Below are positions 11,975-26,289 of a stretch of DNA of 64,000 nt, piece after piece. The notes below the pieces were generated by a model that saw nothing but the letters and a program-made list of their open reading frames with translations, did not search any database and had not been told where the DNA came from. Origin of the DNA: Octopus vulgaris (Eukaryota); contig OX597814.1 of the NCBI GenBank assembly GCA_951406725.2, forward strand, positions 44,020,001-44,084,000. Reading direction: 5' to 3'. Made by a program: the position numbers and the translations under genes. How positions within the stretch are numbered: position 1 is the stretch's first letter; each line of letters begins with the position of its first letter.

Positions 11975-12498
11975 ATACATACATGCATGCATACATACAT
12001 ACATACATACATACATACATACATACATACATACATACATACATACATACATACATACATACATACATACATACATACATACATACATACATACATACAT
12101 ACATACATACATACATACATACATACATACATACATACATACATACATACATACATACATACATACATACATACATACATACATACATACATACATACAT
12201 ACATACATACATACATACATACATACATACATACATACATACATACATACATACATACATACATACATACATACATACATACATACATACATACATACAT
12301 ACATACATACATACATACATACATACATACATACATACATACATACATACATACATACATACATACATACATACATACATACATACATACATACATACAT
12401 ACATACATACATACATACATACATACATACATACATACATACATACATACATACATACATACATACATACATACATACATACATACATACATGCATAC
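11975..12498. repeat. Very long near-perfect (CATA)n tetranucleotide array (~520 bp)
   Basis: Direct reading. Confidence 0.98.
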
Positions 12499-12694
12499 AA
12501 AAGTCTTCGGCCACTTTAAACTATTGTATATTACTACTAATAACCAACTTACAAGTGGATCTTTCACATTGCCTTTTTTACAGATAAAATATTGGCCCTG
12601 TTGGATTCCTTTCTATACTTATTTTTATTTATTTATCTATTTATTTGTAGAATTGGTTCTGAATGAGAGAGGAAGATGCGAGACGACAACCAAA

Positions 12695-13235
12695 TGTGGC
12701 CGTGCAAAAGTTTTCGCCCACTTTACATAATCCAATCAAGATAATGTGTTCTAAAACAGAAAAATATCTATAATGAAAATTTATTACATAATGTACATTT
12801 CAAGAAGTCACTGTACATTGTTAATATTTCGTGTGGCTTCCCTTGGCGTGAATAATGGTTTGAATGCGCTTGGGAAGAGATGCGTTCAAATCCTTCACTA
12901 TCTTCCCAGGTATTTTCTGTGGCTGAGCTCCCACAACTCATAAATTTTTTTGTGAATTTTTCTGACGAACTCTTCTCTTTAGTGCTGTCCACATTTGCTC
13001 AATGACATTTAAGTCAGGGCTCTGAGTGGGTCAATTATTCAGTACGGTAAAACCTTCCTCGGCCAGACTGTGCTGTGTTCACGCGATCTGTTGCACGGAT
13101 CTCCGTCATGCTGAAAAATCTCCCCATCAGGTATCAAATTCAGCAACTGGATGTATTTGGGACTATTCAAGTTACTGTCAATTTTAACTAACTGTAGATT
13201 GAATGCCCCGTGTTTTGATATAAGGAAATCCATAT
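12695..13235 (-). mobile_element. Tc1-like transposon 3' fragment
   Basis: LNSPKYIQLL..IPDGEIFQHDGDPC followed by a decayed SPDLNxIExxW region; possible TIR remnant near 12695-12720. Confidence 0.65.
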
Positions 13236-14169
13236 TTGGCTGATATTATAATCGAGTATACATCTGCTAGAACTTTTGATAAAAAAATACGTGTAGCACG
13301 TTGAGCGCAAGACAATTACATCGCAAGTTTACAAAATATATTTGCTTAGATAGAACTATAATTTATCAACGAAACTTATTTCCATCAAAAATCCCCCAAA
13401 CGGTTTCTCTAAATAGTGGTTGTCCTAAAATACAAATAAGATTTACTTGTATGCCTATTGATAATGGTCATCTACAGTCTTACTACGATACATTTATTTT
13501 AAATGTGAAAGTGACTGATTTACCGTGTGTTCTTCTTTCATATGGACTTCGGCAAATAAAATTCCAAAATATTGCATTAAAAATTGAAATAAGAGCTGCT
13601 TAATTAAGTAAACTTAAATTCCTATAACAGAATATTATGGGACATAGATATATTTCTTAGCAAAGTAATATGTACTCTATCATTAGCATGTGGCATTTTT
13701 AACAATATAGATAAAAATTACTAACAAATTCATAATGTTTAGAAGATATTTAGCATTCAGGGTTAAGTATCATTCTGTCCTTCTTGGTACAAACTCTTCG
13801 TCTCAATTCTCCTAGTTTGCATTTTGTTCAACTATTTTTCTGAATCATACTTTTAAAGCTATAATTTTACTGTTTATATTTTTATAAAATATTAGAAATA
13901 TTTGTTTGACAATAAAATAATTGTTTTGACAATGATATTACTGACCAATAAACTGCCGTTAGTTATATATATATATTAGCAGAATATTATGTAATACTAA
14001 TGTTTTGAGGGAAGAATTATCTAGAAAATGATTGTTTTACGAAAATGTCAAATCTTTCTAGCTTACCTCAGGTAACGTAACATTTCTCAGGTGTGAAATC
14101 TATATGTTTGGTTAAGAAACATATAAAATACACATAGAGATTTTGACTAAGATATATATTTTATTAGTA

Positions 14170-17100
14170 AACCGTGTCGTCCGACGTTCTCTTTTCTTGC
14201 TACAGATACACCTGCTCATACATTAGTATGCCAAAACGTCTCTTAACATTTTACATTCAGAAGAAATGATTTTATGTCTATGTTCCCCATAATGTATCTT
14301 GTTCTAATTGATCCTACGTAACTAGAATCCAACCACAAGCCCTATTTTTTAACCACTGAAATGCCTTCTGATATCGATATAATTCTGTATTTCGAAAACC
14401 CTTTTCTATTCGTATCGTTCCTATCACCGAGAACATCCATTATTTTTCATCGTGCTGGTAACATATCTTTTCCTCTTACTTCTATCAAAGCATAATTTTG
14501 CAGTCAAATATGTACTTCCTTAAACTCTCTACTTCTGCTCCTACACATATTACTGCACTTACAATTGCTTTCGCTTCAACATTCTTTCTTGAAGTACTAT
14601 TTGTTTTCATTGTTAGTAACCTGTAGATGGTCAATAATTTTCTTGTTTTCTAAATACATTTTCCAGGGTTTACTCGTTCCATTTGATTTTTCCGGTGCTC
14701 TTCCATATAATGAATACTGCTTTTGCGTTTATGACAGCCAAAGCACTCCTGCCATTGAGTTTGGACTTTAATAATCTCCCTATTCTTCAGAAATTTTCTT
14801 TTCCGATTTTATCTTTTATTCATTCTTTTAAAACCATCAGTTTCTATGACTCAAATATATTTATAAACGTCATCTTTATCAACACCCTGATTGGCTGGCT
14901 TATTCTGTTAATTCAACTCTATTACCGTCTTCATCAAGTGGCCCCAGAAACAGAAGTCCAAAATTTATTTCGAATGTCTATGTTAAGAGGTCTCACAGTA
15001 TTGTCATGTATCTCCAATTATCTCCCCATTTTGCTGTATAGATTTAAGTTATCCACGAATAACAAACAGTTAAGCATCTCCTTTTTCTCCTCGTCTATAT
15101 GTAGCTCTTACTTTTCTTAACTCTAAAGTGACTGGGATAAGTAAATTGACAAAGAGTAGAGGTGGTAGTCTGTCACCTCGGAAGATAACCTGATCCATGT
15201 GACTTTTCCGAGTGGGTGTGCTTGTAATTACTTTTACCAATTTCCCATGCTTACCACTAAGTGAATGCAATTTCTTTTCAATTTTGGTATTTTGAGTGTC
15301 GGATGTCTTGAAAATCCAAGTATGGAATTCCATGTGATATTTTTACAGTAGTCAATTTAGCCTATTGCTAATAAGTCAATTTTGTCTATTGCAGTGTCTT
15401 ATATACAATTTCTCGATTATAATTCATCTTCTGTACCACTTGATTTCTCCGGCAACTTTCTGTTTCTAGCAGAATTAGGGTGAGTTCCTATAAGTGTGCA
15501 TAGATTTGATTTCCGAACTTAGTTGCTAACAAATTCTATAGTACTGCAAAGCAAGCTATCAGTCTGTAATTAGAGACCTCCACACATCACATTTCTGTTC
15601 TCTATTATATATATATATATAATCATCGTTGACTTATCCCTAATCATTCGATCTCAGGTACCCCACCTCATTTGATGATTCAGTCATTTCTTGTCCGAAG
15701 TTATTAATGTTTTTCAGCCAGAAACCTTGTAGTCTGTGTGACTCGGGTGTTTTCTGATTAGGTATTTTAGTAGCTTGTTTGGCCAGAGTGATTGCCATAC
15801 TAACATTTTTTTTTGCTCTTATTTACTCATCTACTTTTATCTAATCAGCTTCCTTTCTTGCTCTCTTTCTCTCTCTCTCTCTCTCTCTCTGTATTCATAT
15901 ATATATATATATATATATATGTGTGTATGTGGGTGTGTATGTGTGTGAGTGTATGTGTGTGTGTGAGAGAGAGAGTGAGTGTGTTACTCCAAAACTTTCT
16001 ACACTATTATGTCTCTCTACTCAAGCCTTTTTGTATTTTGAGTTTTTAAATAATCTCTTCTGATTATTTTGGAACAACTTGTTCTTTCGAAACTGTCTAT
16101 TATATTCTGATATCGCTGTATTATAGCTGTGACTGTCACTTTTTGCGTCAGTTCTCCTCTTTCGGCATTTATGCTTCTCTTTGTCTTGTATTTTAACAAC
16201 TCGTTCTTTTCTTAGCACACCCACTTTAAGGAGCTGTATTTGACACATCTCATGTTTTAAGCGCTTCAAGGCACATGTCTAAGCTCCTTTTCCAAACAGT
16301 TACGCTGCCTTTACTTGTCTTTCTCTTATATTCGCTAAGTTTAGCTGGTTTCCCAGTATTACTTCGTTCAATTTCACTTAATATTACATCTATTAATTTT
16401 ATTTCGTTATTACTCTGAATATTCACCACATTCTCAATTATATTTCGTCTCTATCCAATTCAGTACATTCTTCGGTATGGTAGTTAACACTTTCTCACTA
16501 TCCGTCATCTTTCATCATATCCTTCATCCCATTGCCCTTATATCCATCGTTGTTCCTCAATGGCTTTTCTATTTATGTATTTTAATTCGGGATTCGATCG
16601 ACGGCCATAATATTTTGAGGCAGATATTTGAACAGTCAGTATTGTTTTTGTTATATCACTGGAAATACGTATATCTTGTTCCCAAATCCTACTTCGCCCA
16701 TTCCCTCACCTATTCTATTCCAGATGAAGTGACATTTCATTACTAGTCTGTTCATTTCTTTCATCCAGATGATTCCAACTGGTTTTTCTTGTTTTTGTAG
16801 CACATTAATATTCTGCGCAGCCGTAGCTCTTTGACATTTTATCCTACCGAAAGAAAAGGCCTTATTTGTAGTTAATTAAATGACGAACGACAGGGATCTG
16901 ATTCGTATCAGATACATGTCACCTTCAAACAACTTTAAGTCAAATAGTACTATAACTGTGATAAACCTGAAACTGGAATCTCTCACTTTCGATATTAACA
17001 TAACTATGAATTAATTTAACACTTCCAATAATGGTTAAGTTAATAGATGTTATTTTCATTGTCACATTTCTATGACAACTCTTTGTCAAGGCCACAGCGA
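14170..17100 (-). mobile_element. Degraded R4/Dong-type non-LTR retrotransposon
   Basis: Minus strand shows LQGFWLK (about 15720), IFRGDRLPPLLFV (15070-15333 ORF) and KSKLNG..INAKAV...RKTRKLLTIY (14620-14780); the upstream limit is uncertain. Confidence 0.7.
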
Positions 17101-18384
17101 GCCCATGTAATAGGCTTAACAGCGGCGGTAGCGCTAGCACTGGTACTTTTATTAACACTATCATCACAATATTGCGATTTCTTCCCTCCTCTTATGAGTT
17201 GAGCTCTTCAAACCCCATATATATTTGAGATATTTCCACTATTCCTGTTGTTATTTCCGTTTTATCTTCATAACTGTCTATCATTTCCGACAATCTTAAT
17301 ATTTGCTGACTTCCTTAAAATCTTCAAGTAGGAGAATATTTTTTCTTTTATTCTTTTCGTATTGTCCAGTATTATTTTCCAGAAGAGAAGTTTCTAGTCC
17401 ACAGTGAATATATACATAAATATTGCAGCAACTTCTGTATCTCGTAATATTTATAGAAATATAACTTATGTCATATTTTAGTTTACTCTAAATGAAGATA
17501 GTATTTATCTGAGGAATTTTTCCACAAGTTGTTAATACCTTTCAGATTGTTCATTGCATTTTCGTCAGTTAAACATGTCTGTAATAAGTCTTCTTAAATT
17601 AAGGTTTCATTTCTGACTTGGTAAACATTTGTAAACCCACTTTTTAAAACTCTAATCTAAGCTATTTTTATCCAACATTTTTTTTTTCTAATCCGTGAAG
17701 GCGATTGACACGATGCAAAGGTAAGATGAAGTTTAAAACCAACAACATGCATAAGTCAGGATTATATTGTGAGCACGAAAACTTAGCATATGGAGTAGTA
17801 CGCCGGGCAGTAACGACGGCGTGAGGTGCCGGCAAACGGAATCATACAGATGTGCCTGGAATCAGTCCGATCCATAACAGCATGTAGATAGAAATATTGA
17901 GGAGGTTTCCACCATTATCGTAAGAGTATTTCTGCATTCCACTCAAGCTTTCCCCCCCAAATAGTCTGTAACTTCATTAGATCTTACTGACTTTTATGAT
18001 GGATGGCGTGTAGTATGGTGATATTAAGAATGTATTCGCCACGTAGTCAGTTCTTTCCAAAGTTGTGAGTGAACTATACGCTGGAAATTCAATCAGGGAC
18101 ACTAGGAAAATGCTGCTTATTTCGCTCCTACCTGTTACTCGTCACTGTTTCCACTTTCACTCATTTCGTACTTCATAGAATGTTATAAAACGTACCTCTT
18201 TATAATTCTCCTCTCTCTTACTCTACACATACATATACGTACGTGGATATATGTATGCATGTGTATGTACATATATGTATCTTTATGTACATATCTCTTT
18301 CTCTGTGTCTCTTCTCTTTCTGTGTCTCCCTTTCCTCTTTCTCTTTCCACTCCTTTCTCTCTTTCTCTCTTCTCTCTTTCTCTG

Positions 18385-18422
<38 letters not shown>

Positions 18423-18599
18423 ATCAAAATCATTGATGACCACAACAACAAAGAAGATGATGTTATAATTGTTTCTATTGTCATTAACGGTTTAAGGAAT
18501 TTTATGTGTGCTTGAGGCATCGATCTTTGACTCTTCTTCATAAAATGTAATTGTTGACTGAATGAAGAGTGACGATGAAGTGCAGAGAAAACATAGTGG

Positions 18600-18800
18600 A
18601 GTAATACGTACAGTTTTCTCTCACGTCCTGAGAAAGAGGTCCCAGCACGAGGCATCCTGTTCGCGTATGGCTTAGCACTCAAAGCCACCGCAGAGGTTCA
18701 GTTGCAGCAGAGCATGAACCGTTTGTCCACTGTCTGGAACAATTTTGCCCTCATCAACAGTACTCAGGTAACAGAAGTTGTGCACCAACCTATGTGGAAT
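18600..18800 (+). mobile_element. RTE-clade RT fragment
   Basis: RGILFAYGLALKATAEVQLQQSMNRLSTVWNNFALINSTQVTEVVHQP resembles the RTE LLFADDCAL...FGLTISTKKTEVMHQP block. Confidence 0.75.
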
Positions 18801-18899
18801 CAACTATCACTATCGAAAGGAAAACTCTGAATGGTGATATACATATACTTGTTCGGTTTTAAGTTGTTGATTTCTATTTCTTTCTCACACTTACATGAA

Positions 18900-21140
18900 A
18901 GAGATCTGCCGGCGAAGCAGGAACTTTATAACACCTGCGAAGCAGTGAGTTTATGACAATGAAAACTAAACTCAATTGGTCAGATGAGTGGTGAAAATAT
19001 GGCATTGTGTTTGTGGAGAGACGAAAACCATGGTGCTTGCAATGCGGCCAGCTGGGGCATATCTGCTTTGAATGCAAAGAAGGAGAGGAAGAGGAGGTGG
19101 AAGAAAGAGAGAAGGAAGAAAGCCAGAAAGAAAACCAGATAGGAAGTAAAAGGTAAATATTCCAGACAATACCAGCTAAAACGGTGCCTGCAGATAAGAG
19201 GCCGAAAAAAACAGCTAAGAGAAAGAATAAAAGAGAGGTTTAGCAGCATTTAATACAGAGGACAAGGAGTTGCTGAGAGAATTAGATTTGAAGAAGACAG
19301 TGGAAAGGGTACGTGAACACTCAGACAAGTGTGAAAATTACAAATCTACGATATATATTTAAAACCTCATAAAATCCTGGAGAATAGATTCAGGTAAACT
19401 GTTGGGACAATGAGAAAAGACTTTCATCCTTCCATTTTTAACGACCTACCGGCTCTGATCCTGTGAGCGAGATAAAAAGAAGAGGTGGAGATACTACAGA
19501 ATAACTAAGGTAGCACATTATGCTATTCGTATCGGTTGTGTAAATATACGTGGATTGATGTCGAGCTGGAAGCAAGGGCGCTTCCTAAATGACATCAGGT
19601 CACGAGATTTAGATGTAATTGTTGCTACAGAAACACGGTTGACTGGACCGAGATATCTGCTCCCTCTGCTGAACGACTACGTGTCGGGTGCAGGTGGGGG
19701 TGGGGTGTTGGTCCTTTGGTAACGGAACCGGGTTTCAGAGAAAAAGTTGACTTTTTTTCTGATCCAGACTTGACATTTAGTGGTGGTAAGTCGATCAGGC
19801 TGGTTGCTATTGATTGTTGCACCCAACATTATCGGTCAACAAAGTGAATATTTTCGTGACCTAGAGTAATTTCTTGTTACGTCGATGGTTTAGTGTTGCT
19901 AGGATAATTTAATACAATCTGCGATGCACGCGTGGATTGTGTTGTCTCGACATCGAATAGAACAAGAAATTTTGTCTTCCGGGATCAGCTAATTCGTTTT
20001 CAATTAGCAGATACATATTGGCTGGAATACACGTCCGCTCCTTTGTGCACATAGTCAAGCAGCGATGTGTCGTCCAGATCGTGTATAGATAGGAAATCTA
20101 ATTAGAAAAATAGAAAAAAAGCATAGTTAAGTATCCACAGTTTTATCCAGTCAGCTACATTGACCACAAGATAGTCAACTTTACGCTGAGTTGGTGCTTT
20201 CGTAGATAAAGACTGAATGACTGGCATACGGAGTGCCGTAAGGGTCGCCTGCTCTTCTGTCGCTCAGTGCTGCCAGCGGTGGGAGTTTCACAGCATTTTT
20301 CTTTAGAGGGTTGGTAGAGGCTGAATGCGACGATGGTCTGGCGAAGTCTCTGGGTCATGGATTTATTCAGCTTGAAAGAATGTTCTTTTCCTACGTTCGG
20401 GCTCAGGACGCTAGATAACTTCCAAAAGTCCTTGACTTGGCAATGTTCCAGAAATGCCTTGCCTGTCTGGGATAAGCTGGCAAGACATGGTCAATGCGAC
20501 TCTCCAACCTGCACAAGATGTAAGGGAGAATGGGAAACCGACCAGCACGCTGTTGTCCAATTTCCGAAGGTGTGGTAGATGTGGGCTTATACAGAACACC
20601 TTGTTGTCTGGTACGGGGGGCATACAGCTATCGACTGAGTCAATCATAAAAATTGACCCGCCCGACTTTTGTCAAATTAAGGTAAGAATTGTTTTCTCAT
20701 CGTAGTAGCAATATAGAAAGAGGTGGCATGGAAGACGAGGATGAAAGGAGTAAAGATAGGCAGCTTCGTCTCTGGCCTTGGCTTACAAAGGTATTTTGAT
20801 TTTCATTTGCAAAATAAAAGTAGGGCTGGAGAGAAGCTGCCTGTCAAAGAAATGGTTTAATGAAAGGTGGAAATATGTAGCACGGAGGTCGCGAGTGGTT
20901 GTAGCCGAATGAATAGGCCATAATGAGTCTTAAAATGTATCAGAGGTGGTTGGGGCTCGCGGGGTCGGAGCTAAACCCAAGTACCTCTCCATTTGTTGTG
21001 TCTTTTGTGTTGTTTACTTTCATTCGATAAATATTATAAATGTCAATTTTTAGACGCATTTTATTGTAAAAGTATTCGTACATCTGACCCCATATTGTAT
21101 TGTCCCTATCTATGTTGGCCCCTAGTGGACAATAAAGAAA
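18900..21140 (+). mobile_element. Tx1/L1-clade element, decayed: ORF1 knuckle, APE endonuclease and C-terminal zinc finger, RT deleted
   Basis: VERRKPWCLQCGQLGHICFEC (19007-19075); IRIGCVNIRGL...DVIVATETRL (19526-19640); IDR and DHK motifs; then DNFQKSLTWQC..CTRCKGEWETDQHAVVQ; 3' AATAAA at about 21131. Confidence 0.82.
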
Positions 21141-21149
21141 TTCACTCGT

Positions 21150-22270
21150 TTCCCGAACGCGGTAAGAATGCCAAGACTGACATAAAATCGGCAGGAGCAA
21201 GCCATCGTACGTCTCCATGCAGGTCAATGTCCACAGGTCATTGCTAATGACTTGAACTGCAGTATTCGAACAACCGAGCGACTGAGGGAAAGAAACAATG
21301 CCACAAACAACACAGATGTTCGTCCACTCACTGGCCGATCGCGGGTTACAACGGCACGTCAATATCGCCACCTGCGTTGACAGCACTTGCAGGACCGATC
21401 CCGGAGGACAACGGAATAAGCGAGGTCGAGTTTAGGGACTCACCGCAGACCTATTTCAGCAGAGACAGTTCGCCGCCGGCTGAAATCACTCAATCTCTTA
21501 TGTCGACGTCTGGCTAACAACCCCATTCTTACAGATCGTCACTGACGGGCACGTCTGCAGGGGGCTCCAAAATGTCAGAACTGGCGATGTCAGTATCTTC
21601 TCTGACAAAAGTCGATATTGCACTTCTGTGGCAGATGACAGAGCTAGGGTTTGGAGAAAGGGTCAGCGTCATGCCGATGGCAGTGTGATGGACAGAGACT
21701 CATGGGGAGGATGGAGCATCATGGTATGGGGTAGGATTGCACTCAAACAGAAACCTGGACCGTTGGTCTTCCAAAACATCAGCCAAGGCCGGGGCGGTGA
21801 AGTAACCGCTGTTCGCTACATAGACCAAACGTTGTGTCATATTTCACCCGTCATAGGAATCACGTTTCCCAACAAGAGAACTCCCGTGCCCATATTGCCA
21901 GGTTGAAAACAGACTTCCTCCAGCAACACAAGATCCAGACAATGACTTGAACCCTATAGGGCACTTGTGGGAGGAAATCCAAAGAAGGGTAAATGACATC
22001 CGTCCAAGTCTGACAACTGCAGCACAATTCACTACAAGTTTTAACAGTGTGGGCTGTTATTCCCATGGCTTTCATCAATCGTTTGATGCATTCATTGTAC
22101 AGAAAATGCCTGGGGGTAATCAACGCTAATGGTGGTCAAATTGGATATTGAGTTCACTTTTTTGGATCCAAGACACTCCGTCATTAAGTGACACCATGTG
22201 ACGTCAAACATGTTTCAGAAAATGAGGTGTTATCATTAGGAAAGAACTATTTCTTAACTAGCTCTTTTCA
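21150..22270 (+). mobile_element. Tc1-like DNA transposon, degenerate transposase
   Basis: ISAETVRRRL, FSDKSRY, RVWRKGQR, GGWSIMVWG and LNPIGHLWEEIQRRV motifs. Confidence 0.85.
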
Positions 22271-22359
22271 GTCAATTCTGTGGCAGTGTATTAATATATA
22301 TAGTATGTGTGCGATGTTTCTTTTGTAGATCAGTTTATATTCACCTATATATGTGTATG

Positions 22360-22958
22360 CCTGCGTGTAACCAAGTCAATGGAAGCATCCGATGACACCA
22401 CGCCCCACAAAAGCGCGTCAAGTGAAATCCAATCTCAAGGCGATGCTGGTTTGTTTCATCGATGCGAAAGAGTTTGCCTCACAGACTTTGGTCCTCTTGG
22501 TCAAACTGCTAACCAGCTGGTTTTATTTGGCTGATCTGAGACGAAAACGCTCCAATCTGTGACAAAGTGGAGAGGGATAGATTCCTTATGACAATGGGCC
22601 TGCGCACACCGCCTTGAATGTCAGACAGTTTCTGACCAAAAATGGAATGACCCCGCTTACCCATCCTACATATTCACCCGATCTTGCTCCCTACTTTTAT
22701 TTGTTCTTCCGAATGACAAAAGGCCTGAAAGGAAAATGCTTTGCAGATTCGGAAGCAATGAAGAAGAAAAAAAAACGATGGAAGGCGTTAAAGATTATGA
22801 TTTTGTAAGACTTCGAGAACTCCTTCGAACATGAGTCTGGACGGATGCATTGATTCCAATGAAGAATTACTTTGAAGGCGGCAAAAATATAAACACGTAA
22901 AAGTAAGGGAATAAAACATTGTTGCAAAGTTCCTGTTTCTTTTGGGTACCCCCTCGTG
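22360..22958 (+). mobile_element. mariner-like transposon 3' fragment
   Basis: DNGPAHTALNVRQFLTKNGMTPLTHPTYSPDLAP; ends in a TIR-like ...tttgggtaccccctcgtg. Confidence 0.85.
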
Positions 22959-23043
22959 TGCATATATATATATATATGTGTGTGTATGTATGTATGTAAT
23001 GTATGTATGTAATGCATGTAGATGCATATATACAGATTTATAC

Positions 23044-23088
<45 letters not shown>

Positions 23089-23662
23089 TACATATATGTA
23101 TGTATGCATGTGTGTGTGGAGAGACAGAGAGAGAGTATGAGGGAGAGGGAGAGAGAGCAATATGAATAATATTAAACTTTTAAAAAATAAAGTATTATTT
23201 GCAGTGTACTGATACTGACTTCAGCTAAGAAAGAGAAGTTCAAGAAATGATATGTTGGAACGGAATAGAGTATCGTAATAGGAAGAATATAAAGAAAAAG
23301 CAACAAATGGAGAAAAAAATCTTAAGTATACTTCCAAGTCAGAGTATGATAATGCAACAGGAAACAATTTCAATTGAACCAGTGGAAACTGAAGAAATGA
23401 AATATAATGAACAAGAGAAAGTAGTAGGTAAGAGAGATAGATGATCAATTGAAAATTAGGTTAGAGAAAATATATTGACACGAAGTGATATTTCAACAGA
23501 AATGCATAGTAATCACGGGAAATTAAATATTCTTCAATGCATTTTCATAATACAAAATTTGCGTGACATAAGCTCATACGTATACATACATATGTATATA
23601 GGTAGACACACACACACTCACACACATATTTATATACTTATGTGCGTAAATACACACACACA

Positions 23663-23739
<77 letters not shown>

Positions 23740-23764
23740 CGTTATGTTTTATTTTATCTATTAT

Positions 23765-24015
23765 CTCTTACCTGTTTCAGTTAGTAAAGCCGCGGCCATG
23801 CTGGGGCAACGCCTTGGGAATTTTCACTATTTTTGCGCCTGAAACCGCTAAGTTACGGGGACGTATAATATATATATATATATATATAAGACATCGACGA
23901 CAAAAGCCACTGGCAAGGCTTCGCCGACGACCGAAACTACAGTACTAGACTCTTGCCAAAAGTATCATGCAGTTGACCTGAACCTGGGACTACGTGATTG
24001 GGAAACAAACTTACT
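23765..24015 (-). mobile_element. SINE family A remnants
   Basis: gtttcag...gcggccatgctggggcaacgcc (3' end) and tgaacctgggactacgtgattgggaaacaaactt (head). Confidence 0.6.
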
Positions 24016-24129
24016 ACACAGGTGCATACATTACGTATATATATATATTAAATACATAAGCATGTATATAAATCACGTCATGTATGGTACGCCTGCAGCG
24101 CATTGACGACACAACAACAAGTGTCTCCT

Positions 24130-24535
24130 TGATTAAGTTAACATTTTCCTGTGGCCTTGCCACTTTTGTCATCCTTCCATGATAATATTTTTCAGACCAC
24201 TGCGTCTTCCAGTGTGGCCACACTTTTATGGCTATATGAGTTTTGATTCGTTTCATAATATTCAGGCGTTGTCGTCTTTCACCTACTTGTTTTAACACTC
24301 ATTCATCTGTCCTCTGGTCCTTGTAAGAGACACGTAACATTCCCGTATTAACTTATGATTTGAACGTGCTGATGATATTCTCTTCAAATTTGTTCAAACT
24401 CTATGTTTCTCAATTATAAGTCTAACTTGTCCAAATAAGCGCTGCAACTAGCATTCTTTTTAACTTGGTTGGGACTCATTTGCTGCTACACATGTTATTA
24501 ACGTGCTTGCCATGGCTGCACGTGCCCTAATTTTT
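24130..24535 (-). mobile_element. RTE-clade LINE 3' fragment
   Basis: MLRVSYKDQRTDE*VLKQVGERRQRLNIMKR, typical RTE C-terminus. Confidence 0.65.
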
Positions 24536-24543
24536 ATTTTAAA

Positions 24544-24906
24544 CTAGCAGTATCGCAGGCGTTGCTCGGGTTTGTAAGGGAAATAACTATATAAGCATTT
24601 TTAGAGAGTTATAGCCAAAAAATAGAAAAAACATGATGGTATTTTGTTTTTAATCGTTGACTTATCGTAGACATTTTTAGAGAGTTACTTCCTTTATATA
24701 ATAGCGGGAAAATGCAATAAAATGGAAAAAAAATGATGTAATTTTTTTTTTAAATCGTAGACTCATCGTAGACACGCGCTAATACCCAGAAGGGCTCAAT
24801 ATGAATCATGACTATAAGATAACCGGTTTTGGTTAAACTGCACCGCAAAATGTGGGAGTAGTTAGGAATCTAAATCGTAGAAGACAGACACACATATATA
24901 TAAAGA
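24544..24906 (-). mobile_element. Non-autonomous Helitron
   Basis: Minus strand reads A|TCtttatatat...cccgagcaacgcctgcg atactgCTAG|T: 5' TC, subterminal GC-rich imperfect hairpin, 3' CTAG, insertion between A and T, no TSD. Confidence 0.75.
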
Positions 24907-24909
24907 TGC

Positions 24910-26000
24910 GGCAACCTGGGCTGCAGCAACAAAGTCTACCTGTCACACCTCTCGGTCCATCGTCACTGCCTCCATTTCGTAGATACATACTAGGCCACTG
25001 TTTATAATGTAGTTGTCGATGTAAGTGTGACGACGTTTTCCTCTTCTTACCTCACCATGAAGTCTGTTTATAAAACTAATTTGGATTTTTCTAGTTCAGA
25101 ATGGCGCACAAAGTAACCAAATATTCGCAACCGCCTTTACCTGATCTTCTCACTAACTTTCGGTATATCTCCATAAAACATTCTTTAGTTATATGTTGCT
25201 GCCATTTCACATTGAGAGCCATTCGAAACATCCTTATGTAGCATCCATTTAGCCCGTTTGTCAGTGCCATATAATAGCACTGTTTCGACAGTTGCAATTA
25301 ACAGCTTGATTTTGATTTGCCTAGGCCGCCTAGAGTTCCAAACTTTCTTTAGTTTGTGACAGCTCGTCAATGCTTTTGCCTTTTTCATCTTGATGTAAGC
25401 TTCCGAACTGCTCACACAAACAACTAAGCACTTGAAATCTTCAGTAACGTTCAAATTGGAGTCTCTCAGAACAAACAGTTCAGTACTACTCGCTTGGTAG
25501 TAAAACATATAGTTCGTTTCCTTGATATTTGTATGCAATCCTAACTTAGCAGCTGATGTTTCTACTCAGCTGAGCAACTACTGTGCTTGGTCTATTTCAT
25601 TAGATATGTGTGCTATGTCATCTTCGAAATCCAGGTTAGGGATGTTTATTGCTGATACTCTGCCTGATCTTTGCGCGTTAATGATTAAACCAAGCTGTTC
25701 GTCACTGTTACCTACAGCCTCCCGCATTGTATAATCCAAAACAATTGCAAACAGATAAGATGCAAGCATATCTCCTAGTAGCACACCAGCTAATATTTGA
25801 AAGAATTTCGTTTCTCCAGCAGATGAAAACATACGAGCTCTCGTCTTCTCGTATGTCTTTGCAATGGCAATAACTAATCTTCTGGAATGCCATATACTGA
25901 CATATGCCATATGTTATACAACCCTGATTAACACTTTTCCTGTTTTTGAAACTTTCTGTAGTTTCATTATTTACTCGAATACAGGACTCATGCTAAATAT
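24910..26000 (-). mobile_element. RTE-clade LINE, RT and 3' region, degenerate
   Basis: AGVLLGDMLASYLFAIVLDY, LDFEDDIA and KLKKVWNS..IKIKLLIATVETVLLYG motifs. Confidence 0.85.
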
Positions 26001-26289
26001 AAAGCCACTTCATGAGCCTGGTGAGATGTTTCGGAATGCTGAGATGAGGCATGATGCGTCACATGTGGTTATAAATTGCACAATCAAAGACCTTTCTGCT
26101 ATCAGTGTAGCAAATGGAAGTTGTGATGTTGTGTGCTTTTATCATCGCTAAAATTCTTTGCAGATTGTGCAGATGATCTTTTGTTCCACACCCGCTTCTA
26201 AAGCCAGCCTGTCCTTTAGCCATTTCATGTTCAAGGAATAGTTACAGGCGTTCTAGAACAACGACCAAAAGTACTTTACTTACATGTGG

